The notes beneath the pieces are model-generated. The model saw only the letters and a list, made by a program, of their open reading frames with translations, had not been told where the DNA came from and searched no databases. DNA of 63,918 nt, filler included, from Octopus bimaculoides (Eukaryota), in assembly GCF_001194135.2 (NCBI RefSeq). It is 7 parts of 7 records of this genome, joined end to end, with 100 filler letters (N's around TTAATTAATTAA, not from the genome) between each part and the next. Parts side by side here need not be neighbours in the genome. Positions count along the whole stretch, not along the records: positions 1 to 15,979 come from NC_068989.1; 6 more parts are not named here. The stretch is one strand, 5' to 3'. This document shows positions 1 through 11,515 of this stretch, in pieces. Position 1 is the first letter of the stretch, and each line of letters begins with the position of its first letter. The translations under genes and the position numbers were made by a program.

Positions 1-65
<65 letters not shown>

Positions 66-171
66 CTGTGTGTGTATCTGTCTGCGTTTGTGTGTACATG
101 CGTGACTGTATGTATATATGTATATACCTATACACACTAACACGCGTACACGCACACACACACATCTATAT

Positions 172-211
<40 letters not shown>

Positions 212-222
212 ACACACACACA
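1..222. repeat. Compound (TA)n/(TG)n/(CA)n microsatellite, representative of dozens in the window
   Basis: Read directly; source of the [12 protein letters not shown] pseudo-ORFs. Confidence 0.97.
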
Positions 223-844
223 TATAGATATATATACGCATTTTCGATCTATATGTCTCCCTATCTGTTTAATGTATTTTGACATTTATTCATGAATCTA
301 CAGTTCTTTGTTTGGTTTTTATATATCAAGCTATGCACTGTTCCCTTCACCTATGCAATTTTTTTTGTGCGCGACTTTTTATACCACAAGCTTTTCCATA
401 TATAAATATGTAAGGTTTTATTCCTACAAGCTGCAATATTTTGTCATATATATATTCATCAATAGCATGTTTATTATTTTTTTTTGTCTCATCTAATGTT
501 TCAAACTTTTATCTATTGTATATATTAGGGGAGAATGTTTTAGCATGTCAGAACATATTGTTTCATTAAAAAAAAATAATAAAAAGGAAAAGAAGAGGTG
601 GGTGGTGGGACCCCACAAAAAACAAAAACATATAAGCAAATGAATAAATGAATACGTAAATACGTTGAGATCGCAAGCTGAGCTCTTTCGGGATTACAAG
701 TAGCTGTTCATGTTCACGTTCGGAAACGTTAAATGCACACAAATCTGTCTCTTATTCCAGGTAGTGAAACTGAGGCTTATATTATGCTTGGATCTAATTC
801 CGCCCTGCAAAGCCAAAGAAATCGCGATCAATTCCACGTTGTTA

Positions 845-1264
845 TTCTTTTACTTGTTTCAGTCATTTGACTGTGGTCATGCTGGAGCACCGCGTTGAAG
901 GGTTTTAGTCAAACAAATCAACCTCTGGATTTATTGTTTTTTTTTTATAGCCTAGTACTTGTTCTATTAGATGCTTTTGCTGAACCGCTAAGTTAGGAAG
1001 ATATTAACATACCAACACCGATTGTCAAGCGGTGATGGGGGGACAGACACAAAGACACACACAAATATATATATACACACACGCACACACACACATACAT
1101 ATATATACACGACGGACTTCTTTCAGATGCCTTCTACCTAATCTACTCACAAGGTTTTGGTCGGCCTGAGGTTATAGTAAAAGTCACTTGCCCAAGGTGC
1201 CACGCAGTGGGACTGAATCCGGAACCATATGGTTGGGAAGCGAGCTTCTTACCAAACAGCCACG

Positions 1265-1267
<3 letters not shown>
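845..1267 (-). mobile_element. tRNA-derived SINE, family A, near full length
   Basis: Reverse complement has head GGCGTGGCTGTTTGGTAAGAAGCTCGC..GGATTCAGTCCCACT, body CCTTGGGCAAGTG, internal (TG/TA)n and tail CGGTGCTCCAGCATGACCACAGTCAAATGACTGAAACAAGTAAAAG; colinear with 43690-44056 and 27943-28424. Confidence 0.9.
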
Positions 1268-1298
<31 letters not shown>

Positions 1299-1301
<3 letters not shown>

Positions 1302-1459
1302 AATGCGCCCTTTTAAAGCCTAGCCAGGCTCATGGGCCCGGTTTCAATGGCGTATGTGTTCCCCAGGTGGACGGGACGCCAGTCCATCGCAGCGTTACTC
1401 ATTTTTGCCAGCTGAGTGGACTGGAGCAACGTGAAATGAAATGTTTTGCTCAAGAACAG
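1299..1459 (-). mobile_element. SINE family E, 3' part (head lost in gap)
   Basis: Reverse complement TTCTTGAGCAAAACATTTCATTTCACGTTGCTCCAGTCCACTCAGCTGGCAAAAATGAGTAA matches 15139-15200. Confidence 0.8.
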
Positions 1460-1554
1460 NNNNNNNNNNNNNNNNNNNNNNNNNNNNNNNNNNNNNNNNN
1501 NNNNNNNNNNNNNNNNNNNNNNNNNNNNNNNNNNNNNNNNNNNNNNNNNNNNNN

Positions 1555-1604
<50 letters not shown>

Positions 1605-1928
1605 GCAGAGATCAAGGCAAACCATTGTAAAGAATGCAATATGTGGAGTCTACGAAGTAGGACACAAATCAACAGATAAAACAATCCAAGTGAGCTTGTG
1701 AAGAGATCGTCCAAGCAGGAGAGTTCACTGGTGTTCGTACACTGGGAATCCGAGGTTATCCAATGGAATATATATAACCTAATGATTTGGAAGGAAATAT
1801 GGAGCAACGTGTTGCTTGTTCATATGAACTTTGCACGTTAATATATACCTCCATGTACATATTTACGTCAGAATAAAATTTCTTAATGTAGAGATACCAT
1901 AAAATCCATTCGTCTGTCTTATTACACG

Positions 1929-1960
<32 letters not shown>

Positions 1961-2657
1961 CATACACCTACACACACACATACACACATGTACGTGTGTG
2001 TTAGTGAATGTGTCTTAATTTATTTCTTGGTTGCGATCCGTGTACTGAAACCAATATATAAATCTTTGTACTCTGAAGTATCTCCATATTGAAGAGAAAA
2101 GAAACAAAAAAAAAAAAATTGATCACATTTGTTTTTGAAATGTTATTGATTCTTCATTTCATCTCATGGTTATTCTCATCGCACATCTGTGATCTTCTCA
2201 AATGAACTTCAACATTTCAACTGACTTCTGCAACAGTTTTCGATTATTGTATGCTCTTAAGTGTTGCGAAGCATTTCTTGCTATTAAGCTGATGTAGATA
2301 CATGTTTGAGAAACTCCGTGCCTATAGTAGGAAGTGTTCGTATATGTGTATACGATGTATTTGTGTTTGTGTACATAATTCTGTGTGTATGTAAGACAGT
2401 GTGAACGTAAGTTTCCGTGTGCAAGTTGTTTTTCATGTTAGATATATACAAAGTTTTAAATTGTTGAAATGTCTATATTTTTCTATTTATTTCGTTATTG
2501 AAATTTCTTTCACATATAAAAATTTTCTCCGAATGAAATGAAAATGTAATAAAAAAGTTGAAAGTAAAATGTGAAGTATCAGAGCGTAAGTTTTCGAAAT
2601 GGCGGCACAGGAGATTTCTACCTACAAGAATATGTTCAAATTTACGCGCGCGCGTAT

Positions 2658-2699
<42 letters not shown>

Positions 2700-2832
2700 A
2701 AAAAGGGTAAAAATTATTTTAAAATGCTAATTTATATCAGTGGACAGAGTGCGTAAAAAAATATCCGTAGACCATAAATATTTTAATAATATATACGTGT
2801 ACACACACACACACACACACGCACATATAATT

Positions 2833-2865
2833 AGGCGCAGGAGTGGCTGTATGATAAGAAGCTTG
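2833..2865 (+). mobile_element. SINE-A head fragment, interrupted after AAGAAGCTTG
   Basis: GGCGCAGGAGTGGCTGTATGATAAGAAGCTTG resembles heads at 22759 and 27943; similarity stops abruptly. Confidence 0.75.
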
Positions 2866-2872
2866 TTTTCGG

Positions 2873-3156
2873 GGCCAGCCATTGCGGGTTGCCTTTCAGG
2901 CAGCAGGAATCTTGCTTGGGGGCCCGGATGTGGAGGACCATAGGACTTGATTTAATTTGATTTTGTTGATGATTTTTATTGAACAAGGTTTTCGAGGGGT
3001 TTTCGGTCGGCGGGCGCCGGTGCCTCTCCCATTTTTTACTCATCTTTTTGTATTCATTTCATTCATTAATGTCCGTGTCCAGCCCGCAGCTTCTTTGTTT
3101 GTTTGTCTTTGTTTGTCCCCTCTATGTAATGCCTGTATGGCAAAATTTATGAAATA
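2873..3156 (+). mobile_element. Probable 3' end of a Tx1/L1-clade LINE
   Basis: Bounded by a 17-bp direct repeat (2856-2872, 3157-3173); T-rich UTR-like body ending GCCTGTATGGCAAAATTTATGAAATAA. Clade is inference. Confidence 0.4.
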
Positions 3157-3173
3157 AAGAAGCTTGTTTTCGG

Positions 3174-3905
3174 TTTATTGATCGAACGGTTGTCTGTATG
3201 AAACGCGTGCTTTTGGTAGTCTTGCAGCGGTGGTGTGCGACGTCTTCCCTCTTGTTTAATGGGAGAGCATCGTGGGTGTGTTATGAATTACGAAGGTTTG
3301 AGTTCTTCTTCAGACTTTATGTCGCCTGAGGAAGAATTAGTGAAAAGCCTTAAAAGAATTGACGAGGCTATGGAGACAAAAAATTATGCTGAAGCGGCAA
3401 AAGAAAAAAAAGTGAAAACGTGAGTCTGGAAGAATTAAGGAAATTCAAGAAAACGATTAAAAGGGAGGCGAACGAAGTGAAGGTGTTCCCCCCCGAATAA
3501 GTTTTAAAAGAAATGGATGAAAAATCGATAATTTACAGGACGTACGCAGTAGCAACTAGAAAAATTGAAATAATGTCAAGTAATTGAAAAAAAGTACTGA
3601 AACCAATCGGGCAAGGGATTTCCTACCTTACCAGGGGAAGAAAGTATGGTACAGTGGAGGTGCAGTTTCCGGAGGTAGCTACCGTTAAGCTGCACTCAGC
3701 AACACCGTTAAAAACAGACGAAGCAGTGCTTCTACTCGTATACCTTGGGAGACGTACTTCCAGGGTTTGGGTAGAAGAGATGCCCACAGAAGTAGATGTA
3801 GCCTGGCTGGTAGCTGCTATACTGCTGGGCATGGAGAAGAGGATAGTGGTCCTACAGGCCACTAGAATACCCCCACAGGAACTGGAAAGGGCAGAGCTTT
3901 GACAC
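3174..3905 (+). pseudogene. 5' UTR and disrupted ORF1 of a probable Tx1/L1-clade LINE (truncated by gap)
   Basis: Coding-like purine-rich sequence: MNYEGLSSSSDF..., then after frameshift/stop RGRKYGTVEVQFPE...VYLGRRTSRVWVEEMPTEVDVAWLVAAIL, resembling RRM-like ORF1 of Tx1/L1 elements. Confidence 0.5.
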
Positions 3906-4571
3906 GATAGTATATATATNNNNNNNNNNNNNNNNNNNNNNNNNNNNNNNNNNNNNNNNNNNNNNNNNNNNNNNNNNNNNNNNNNNNNNNNNNNNNNNNN
4001 NNNNNNNNNNNNNNNNNNNNNNNNNNNNNNNNNNNNNNNNNNNNNNNNNNNNNNNNNNNNNNNNNNNNNNNNNNNTATACAGAAAACCAAGAATAATCCG
4101 TCTTTTTTTGCCTGTCCTTCTAATTGTTGTTTCTCTTGATACAAGTGTATTCAAATGAAAAACACTGTTCAAACGTATATGCGTGTGTGTGTCTACGCAT
4201 AAATAGATGTATAAATGAAAGAAAAGAATGCTTAAGATATATTGTTGATGTTAAATGGTAAATTAAGAGTTTGTGCTTTGGGCATTCATTCCTTAAATTT
4301 TTAGATATGAAAGCAATCCTGCGAAACCTTGAGTAATACGTGCCTATGCCATAATCTGTTAATATATACTTATGTACATACATGCACACACGCACATGCA
4401 CATATATATGCAAAGTCTGCATGTGTGTGTGCTTACAATATTTCAAGCGAAGCGAACAACTAGAAGACTCAAAACGGGAGAATTGTAATCATTTTGATAC
4501 CAAGTCGTTTACAAAATTTTATCGTCATATCTAATGATAAATGGAGTAAAAAAGAAGCGCAGGTTCACACA

Positions 4572-4626
<55 letters not shown>

Positions 4627-4850
4627 AGACAAGATTTAATGCAGATAGTTATTCATCAGAAACACACACATGCACACAGGAAAAAAAAAGAAAGACACAT
4701 ATACTGATCCACACACAAAAAAAGATATTCATGAAAAACAAACATGCAGATGAATATATGCGTAAGCACATACATATCTTTAATAAACGCGAGTCTTTAG
4801 CGATTGAAAACGAAATTTCCATACAGAACACATAAATATAAGTTGAAGAA

Positions 4851-5022
4851 TGTTTACATTATTTACATTCGACGAATATACCCTCCAGCCTTCTTTAGAT
4901 CTCTTGGGGGAAATTTCAAACCTGGGTTTTCATTCCTAAGGTATTTTTCGGTGTTATTATTATTACTGTTCAGGTCACTGCTTGGAATCGAACTCGGTAT
5001 CTTGGGGTTAGTAACCCGTGCT
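4851..5022 (-). mobile_element. tRNA-head/hammerhead element, internally deleted copy
   Basis: B box GAGTTCGATTCC (4984-4995 rc), (AAT)n spacer, body matching 7125-7205 and tail matching 7251-7271; 3' half of the ribozyme missing. Confidence 0.85.
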
Positions 5023-5092
5023 AATAATAATAATAATAATAATCATAATAATAATAATAATAATAATCTATGATCTAGATTATTATCATAGA

Positions 5093-5175
5093 TTAGATAT
5101 AGCATGCCCAGCTGACAACAAGGTATGCGATAAGGAAGAAAGAAAAGTTGAGAGATATGACAGGCTAGCTTGGGA
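5093..5175 (+). mobile_element. RLE-domain fragment of an R4/Dong-like LINE
   Basis: LDIACPADNKVCDKEERKVERYDRLAWE, the D..P.D.....E..K..Y..L motif; overlaps family of 17941 (CAGGYTAGCTTGGGA). Confidence 0.7.
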
Positions 5176-5180
5176 AGATA

Positions 5181-5541
5181 TGGCTGACGATATGTGCATC
5201 TCTGATCATGAGCAGAAGTAGTGGGGAAGCATCATAGCCATGTGTTGAGAGGAATTCTTTGGGGTTTGAATAATTCACCTTTGGAAACATGAGTGTTTCG
5301 TTCAATATCCTTAAACAAACCTTATCCAGGGACCTTTTGAGCGGGAAGGGTTACTCGATCTGAAGAAAACTCTAANNNNNNNNNNCTGTTTATCTTGATA
5401 TGAGATCACCATGTCGTGCACATATGGTTGTGATGCATGTGCCTGGTGTACCCTTATCAAACGGGTAGTCATGATGGGTATAACGGGCTTCGTATATTTT
5501 ACCCCAGTGTCACTTTGATGGCATGCACTGCTCTCTCACTC

Positions 5542-5580
<39 letters not shown>
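5181..5580 (+). mobile_element. Interspersed repeat D with (AAT)n tail, probably a LINE 3' region
   Basis: Colinear with reverse complement of 31174-31550; ends CTCTCTCACTC(AAT)n. Confidence 0.8.
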
Positions 5581-5581
<1 letters not shown>

Positions 5582-5675
5582 TATGTGTGTATGTATGCAT
5601 ATATGTATGTATGCATGCATGTATGTATGTATGCATGTATGTATGGATGCATGTATGTATGTATGTGTGTATGTA

Positions 5676-5706
<31 letters not shown>

Positions 5707-6099
5707 ATGTATGTATGTATGTATGTATGTATGTATGTATGTGTGTAAATGTATATGCACATTGCAGCATATATTAGAAAGTGTAAGATAAATTGTTAAA
5801 AGTTGTTAAATGATAGATTTTAAGCTCTTCAAAAAAAGAATACCTCTTATTTTCTTCGTACGCAGGTTTTCTTAAGTTATTTCACAGTTCGTCGACCAGT
5901 TCTTAGAAGTCATATAACACTATATGCCTCTGCCGACGAATAGGGCTCACAGGAAATGGTTTTTCTTGAATGAATCACAAACTGAAATTAATTCTTATGG
6001 CTCGACAAATTTTCATACCGTGCATCTTTTGGTTGCATGATTATGCCATCAATACATATTTGAGCACACACATGTTTTAGAAAATCTAAGTTATAGATA

Positions 6100-6620
6100 A
6101 TTAAGATAGGGAAGTTACAGTCTTTAAGCCTTCTGTGACAGTGCATTAAACGAAACCACATAAGCAAGTATCAAAATCGTTGACAAGATCATTGAAAATT
6201 GTACACAGACAGCGACGTTGAGAACGACATTGTTTTAGATATCTGTCTTAATGAAAAGACTATGTCAACTGTTCCACGATCTGTTCTAAACTCATTATCT
6301 TTCTGCAAGAATTCATTCTGATATGGGAATCAGTCAATCATGAAGAATTTTTGTGAGCTTTCTTCCAGTAACAGAGAAGCTAGCGACATCTCGGTAATTT
6401 TCGCATTGTGTACGCGCTCTTTTTTTTTTTCCCTTTGAATATAATTTCAATGACAGCATCTTTCAAATCTGGTGTTAGTTTGCCTTGTACGCAGATAGGG
6501 TGGATGATATGATGAAGTTTAGTGAGGAGAAATTTCATCTATACGTTCGACTGCATTTGGTAAGTTTCAATGGAATGAGATTCGGTTCGACAGATGTGTT
6601 GTTGCACAATTACTTGCTGA
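6100..6620 (-). pseudogene. Decayed RTE-clade reverse transcriptase
   Basis: My translation across stops/frameshifts: PDLKDAVIEIIFK..CENYRDVASFSVTGRKLTKIL..FRTDRGTVDIVFSLRQI..IFNDLVNDFDT, matching RTE RT motifs NYRGISLLS, GFR..RGT.DMIF.LRQ, F.DL.KAFD. Not in the ORF track. Confidence 0.75.
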
Positions 6621-6821
6621 GTTTTATTTAAATTGCGATTACAATTGCTATAATTCTCTCCTGAGATAGAAGAGTGAGAGGAACATATCTTCTCACAACT
6701 GGCGAACCAAACATGAATTATGCTAGGATAATCTTCACTTTACTGTAACAAAACAGTAAGCGTTAAAACTGCAACCTGTGTAAATTAATACAATTCTGTG
6801 TTTAAGAGATGAGAAATTATG

Positions 6822-6976
6822 TACATTATTTACAATTGACGGATATTTGTCCTCGTCTTGTTTGTTGTTAGCACAACGCTTCGGCTGATATACCCTCCCG
6901 CCTTCATCGGGTGTCTTGATGAAAATTCGAACCTGGGTTCTCATTCTTAAGGTATTTTTCGTTGTTGTTGTTGTTG

Positions 6977-7017
<41 letters not shown>

Positions 7018-7089
7018 TATGTCACTGCCTGGAATCAAACTCGAAATCTTGGGGTTAGTAACCGGCGCTCTTAACCAGTACGGGCATAT
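6822..7089 (-). mobile_element. tRNA-head/hammerhead element, left arm of inverted dimer
   Basis: rc: degenerate A box, anticodon-like loop TT-ACT-AA, B box GAGTTTGATTCC (7031-7042), (AAT/AAC)n, body, hammerhead, tail GTAAATAATGTA. Confidence 0.85.
6870..6915 (-). ncRNA. Degenerate minimal hammerhead ribozyme
   Basis: rc GACAC CCGATGA A GGCGG GAGGGTATAT CAGCC GAAG C GTT GTGCT; core substitutions U4C and A15.1G. Confidence 0.7.
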
Positions 7090-7099
7090 NNNNNNNNNN

Positions 7100-7271
7100 A
7101 ATAATAATAATAACAACAACAATAGCAACATCGAAAAATGCCTTAGGAATAAGAACCTAGGTTCGAAATTTTCCCAAGACACCTGAAGAAGACTGGAGGG
7201 TATATCAGCCGAAACGTTGTGTTAACAACAAGCAAGATGAAGACAAATATCCGTCAATTGTAAATAATGTA
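7100..7271 (+). mobile_element. tRNA-head/hammerhead element, right arm (head presumably lost in the 10-N gap)
   Basis: Inverted copy of about 6822-6990. Confidence 0.85.
7178..7223 (+). ncRNA. Minimal type-I hammerhead ribozyme, Penelope-type, palindromic ACGU stem III
   Basis: Stem I GACAC/GTGTT; core CTGAAGA plus extra A; stem II GACTG/CAGCC (one mismatch); GAAA 7211-7214; C-G-T-T; predicted cut after 7218. Confidence 0.8.
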
Positions 7272-8399
7272 AATACTGTGTAAATAAAATTCTGTATTTA
7301 TATACATAACCGCCCCCACTCACTCGTACATACATACGTATATACATGCACATACACATTATATGTAACACAAAATCCAACAGGAGCGATTGTTTTAGTT
7401 ACTAAACAATCTCTCCAGATTTGCCTTGTTTTCTATATTTTTATATGTACTCTTTGGCATATCCGATTGTAGAGTTCTTCCATGATACACGGACAAACAA
7501 TAAACATCCTTCTCGTGGTTTCCCTTGAGATATACAGGAAAACACGTGACGCTCTACATTCAGGTTAATTGCTTTGCATTTTACATCTTAAATCGCACAA
7601 TATGTATGTGTGTGATTGTTTGTATGCGTGCATGTGTGTATACATACGTACATACATGTAGACGCATGCACACATATATATGCATATATGTATATGCATA
7701 TAATCTTATAATAAAATTAGATCTGACTGGTAATCTGTCTTCACTGCTTGAATAAGTTGCCAGGTCACACTTAATGATTTGAATATATAAAAAATAAAAT
7801 TTATTTTTCAGTCCTCAATTTCATTATTATATATATTAGACATAATAATCTGGCAGTCCATTTTCACACTTCATCGAGCGCCGACACATATTTGCATTAT
7901 TTCGTTTACCTCAAATTTTATTGTCAATATCTTATATTTATTTATCTATTTATTATTTTTATTTAGATATATTCATTTGTAAATATAGATACGTTTGTTT
8001 AAATTCTTTTCCATTGCTCTCGTTCTGTTATATCGTAATTGCGTGGCTGATGATAATAAAATCTTCTTCTATAGAAACTATGACAATAACTGTCGCTCAC
8101 TATAGGAGCATATCCCCGTATTTCGTATAGCTTTCAATATGTTTTCCAATATAGGCAGTAGAAAGAAAATCTTTCACTAGCTGAATAAATCATCGAACGG
8201 AAATTTAAGCCCATTTCAAAGTAATTCTATAATAAATTTTACTCTACTTTCACTTTTATATTTCCCCATCAATGTGGATTCTGTTGATATTTCAAAACTT
8301 ATTTTGAAATAACTAATTTAACATTTATATGTATGTAATTATGTCTGTCTATTTGTGTGTGTGTGTGCATGTATGTGTATGTCTGTTTACACTTTTGTA

Positions 8400-8512
8400 T
8401 CTTAGTGGTTTAGGATAAGTACCGTACTTGAGAAAAAAGTACAGGGTCGATTTGATCAATAAAACACTTCAAGGCAATGCCCCAGTATGACAGCAGTTCA
8501 ATGTCTGAAGTA
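8400..8512 (+). mobile_element. SINE 3' fragment combining a B-like centre with an A-like tail
   Basis: GGATAAGTACC..GGGTCGATTTGATCAAT then AAGGCAATGCCCCAGTATGACAGCAGTTCAATGTCTGAAG. Confidence 0.55.
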
Positions 8513-8651
8513 AGTGTAGTAAGAAGCTTTTTCTCAACCACATGATTCAGGGTTCAGTCCCACGTCGAGGAACTTTGGGCAAGTTTTCTACTATAGTCTC
8601 AAAGGCTTGTGAGTGGATTTGGTAGACGGCAACTGAAAGAAGCCCGTCGTG

Positions 8652-8729
<78 letters not shown>

Positions 8730-8943
8730 TGCGTGTGTGTATGTGTGCGCGCGCATGTGTGTGTGTCTATGTGTCCGTGTTTGTCCTCCACCACCGCTTG
8801 ACAACCGGTGTTAGTGTGTTTATTTACCCCGTAACTTAGTGGTTCGGCAAAAAAAAAACAAAAAAAACTGACCGTTAGAATTAGTACCAGGCTTTAAAAA
8901 AGAGTACCGGGGTCGATACACTGGACTAAAAATTCCTCAAGGC
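8511..8943 (+). mobile_element. SINE-A, 3' end truncated
   Basis: AAGAAGCTT..AACCACATGATTCAGGGTTCAGTCCCAC, GGATTTGGTAGACGG, (CA)n/(TG)n, CCCCGTAACTTAG. Confidence 0.85.
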
Positions 8944-10049
8944 TAAAAATTCCTCAATCCAAAGTTTGAAGTAGTCTGGCTCTTGTTAGGGGCCTGCGAA
9001 ATTTGAAGTAGCACAGGATCGAATCAAACTATTTTAATACATATAACTCCTACTAAATGTGTTGAGTGCCCTTTTCTTTCGTTTGTTCATTCACTCATAT
9101 ATATATATAATTTACTCATGGTATGGGTACGGCTGCTGCCATCGAGGTGAGAGTAAAAAGTTTGCATGAATAAGGCATCGTAGAGCATTATCTTACCACC
9201 ATATATGCAATGGCTTAGATATACTCTTAGATGTAGTAGCTGGTGATTCGTGAACTTAGGTAAATAACCAGATATGCAGCTATAGTTACTCTTACCAGGC
9301 TTTGGCATTTGGCGCAATTGCCTTGAAATTATTTAGAAATATTCTGAAATATCAAAGTTTATTTTATCAGAACAACCATTGTCGATTCTCTCACTACATA
9401 ATTTGAAAGAAGTAGACGTTCTGAAGTAGTTTTGAAACTGGAAGAGATTATTGGTTATTACGTTTTCGCCTTAAACATACCAGTATCAGATTCCAGTCGA
9501 CATTCAGGTAGGAGAACGATCATGGCTGTATAATCCGACCTTTTGTGTGGGTAGTCAATTCGGGTGGGTGTCACGAATTACGGTTTACATATGCCACCGT
9601 ACAGGTTAGATCCATTAATATTGGAAATATAATAAACAAGAACAAAATGAAAAAAAAAAATGAATATTACAAGAGAGACAAGTTTGAACAAATATTGCAT
9701 CAGTTTAAAACGCTTAGAACTAAGAAGGGAAAACTTTCATCAGATGAAAAGCGTAGGAGGAGTGACAAAGAGGAAAAGTAATTGACAAGGTGTGGGGTTA
9801 GGGACCAGGTGATAATGTGGTTCTATATGGGGAGTTAAGAAGGGAGACGAGAAGGGTGTGTAATTGCGTGCACAGAGGATTGTGTCTGTATTTTGAGAGA
9901 TAGGCACAAGAGGTACGAGTATGAAACAAAAGGGAAGGCAAAAGGAATGTGGAGGGTGTGATCAAAGTGCATGAAAGGGTATGCGTGTGAGACGCAGTTG
10001 AATGGAACGAAGTTATTAATAAGGGAACGAAAGATGGAGAAAAGATGAG

Positions 10050-10460
10050 ACTTCAGGGAGAGAAGAGAAGTGAGAGAAGAATGAATGAAAATCTAGAGAA
10101 AGAATAAGTACATAACGCTGGTACAAAAAGTCTTTTTGTTCTGTTGAAGAAGAAAATTAGTGAGTATGTAGATGAATGTAAAGTATATTGAAGGAAGAAA
10201 TTAAAAAAAAAAGGAAGAAATGAAAGAAATGAACTAGAAAAGTGAAAAAGAAAGGGAGGTTGCAAGTTCAGAGCAAGAGAGAAGTGAAAATAAATTAATT
10301 GGAAAACTGGAGAAAAAGTAATTACAATGCAACACTAATATAACAGTTTTTAAGCTCTGTAAGAGAATAGCACTGAAAAGGTGCGTAGAGGTTATAAAAC
10401 CAATGAAAATTTTTGGAAGGAAGGATTGTTCATGTAAATAATCAACGTTTGTAACCAAAT
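10050..10460 (-). pseudogene. Very decayed CR1/Jockey-type LINE C-terminus
   Basis: Weak remnants LQSL, SCSELA, YSLIFFFNRTKRL resembling LQ.L..RR, CSSEL, Y..SFFPRT..LW. Confidence 0.3.
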
Positions 10461-11313
10461 CATTCCTTGAGAAAGTCCGGATAGAAAAGTTTGGAGAAAG
10501 GGATAGAGTAAGAAGGTGAATGTATGTGAAAATCTACGGTTGTTGTCCCATGGAATTCAGGAACTTCACCAGATTGTAGATGGAAAGTACCTGGAAAAGG
10601 GATGCCCTGAAAGGTTTGCAACTTATGCCTTCTTGCGCAAAATCAAAAAGAAAAAGTCTCTTTGCTCTACCGTTACATGACGTAGGTGGCATAAAGATAC
10701 AGCAATGATTTTAGCTGACTGAAATAAATTCTTCATACTCTATTTCTAGCTTTGAGTACTCTTTACCCATTTGGTTATCAATAATATGCACGCATACACG
10801 CGCGAATATACTCTCTCACACCCACTCATATATATTGAGAACAAAACTTTTCTTCCGTATAAATATGTTGCATGTATGCTGTAGTAGCCATGTACGTTTA
10901 GTTTATGATACATTTATATATTTATATTTTTCACCATCTCCTGACATTAAACTGTGTTATCATTCTCTAGCAGAAAAAAAAAAGAATGGTAATATTCTCA
11001 TAACAAAAACTAAATCTGGCGACAGATCACTCACTACTACTGAATACAGTATCGACATGTTTAGCGTTTTCCGTCTCCAGTATATTAATGTGTGTATATG
11101 TGAGTGATTATGTGTATGTATATGCATGCATGTATGTATGTATGTATGTATGTATGTATGTATGTATGTATGTATTGGCATATGATATATATTCTTAAAC
11201 CTACATTATTTTTATTTGGAAGGCGCCAGTACAGTGAAACCAAAGTAGATCGTTAAATGCATTACAACACAAAATTTTAATAAGGATTCTTGGATTCATA
11301 AGGACAATGTATA

Positions 11314-11515
11314 TACAAGGGGTACTGAAAAGTACCTGCTTTTTGGTATAAGAAAATACAGGATGATCAGTTAATTATGAGGTTATTCAACATATTCCTC
11401 TGGCTGATTCACATACTTATTGCAGCGGTCCTTCGGTTTTTCTAGGACCTTGGCCTCTCAAAAAGCTTTTCGCGACACTCTTGAAAAGCCAGTAACTTTC
11501 TCAGCAACCCCCATG
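11314..11515. mobile_element. Tc1/mariner-type MITE, decayed
   Basis: Left TACAAGGGGTACTGAAAAGTACCTGCT; right AAAGCCAGTAACTTTCTCAGCAACCCCCATG is an imperfect inverse. Confidence 0.65.

Noticed and set aside
44-295. Low-complexity ORFs here and throughout ([12 protein letters not shown], poly-N/I/L, X-runs)
   Set aside because: Translations of microsatellites and N gaps.
1620-1840. Coding-like unique stretch (HCKECNM...)
   Set aside because: Stops in all frames and no recognisable motif.
8048-8082. CTGATGA .. GAAAC TATGAC
   Set aside because: No NUH site, no stem I.
9360-9540. Possible LINE endonuclease remnant
   Set aside because: Similarity too weak to support.
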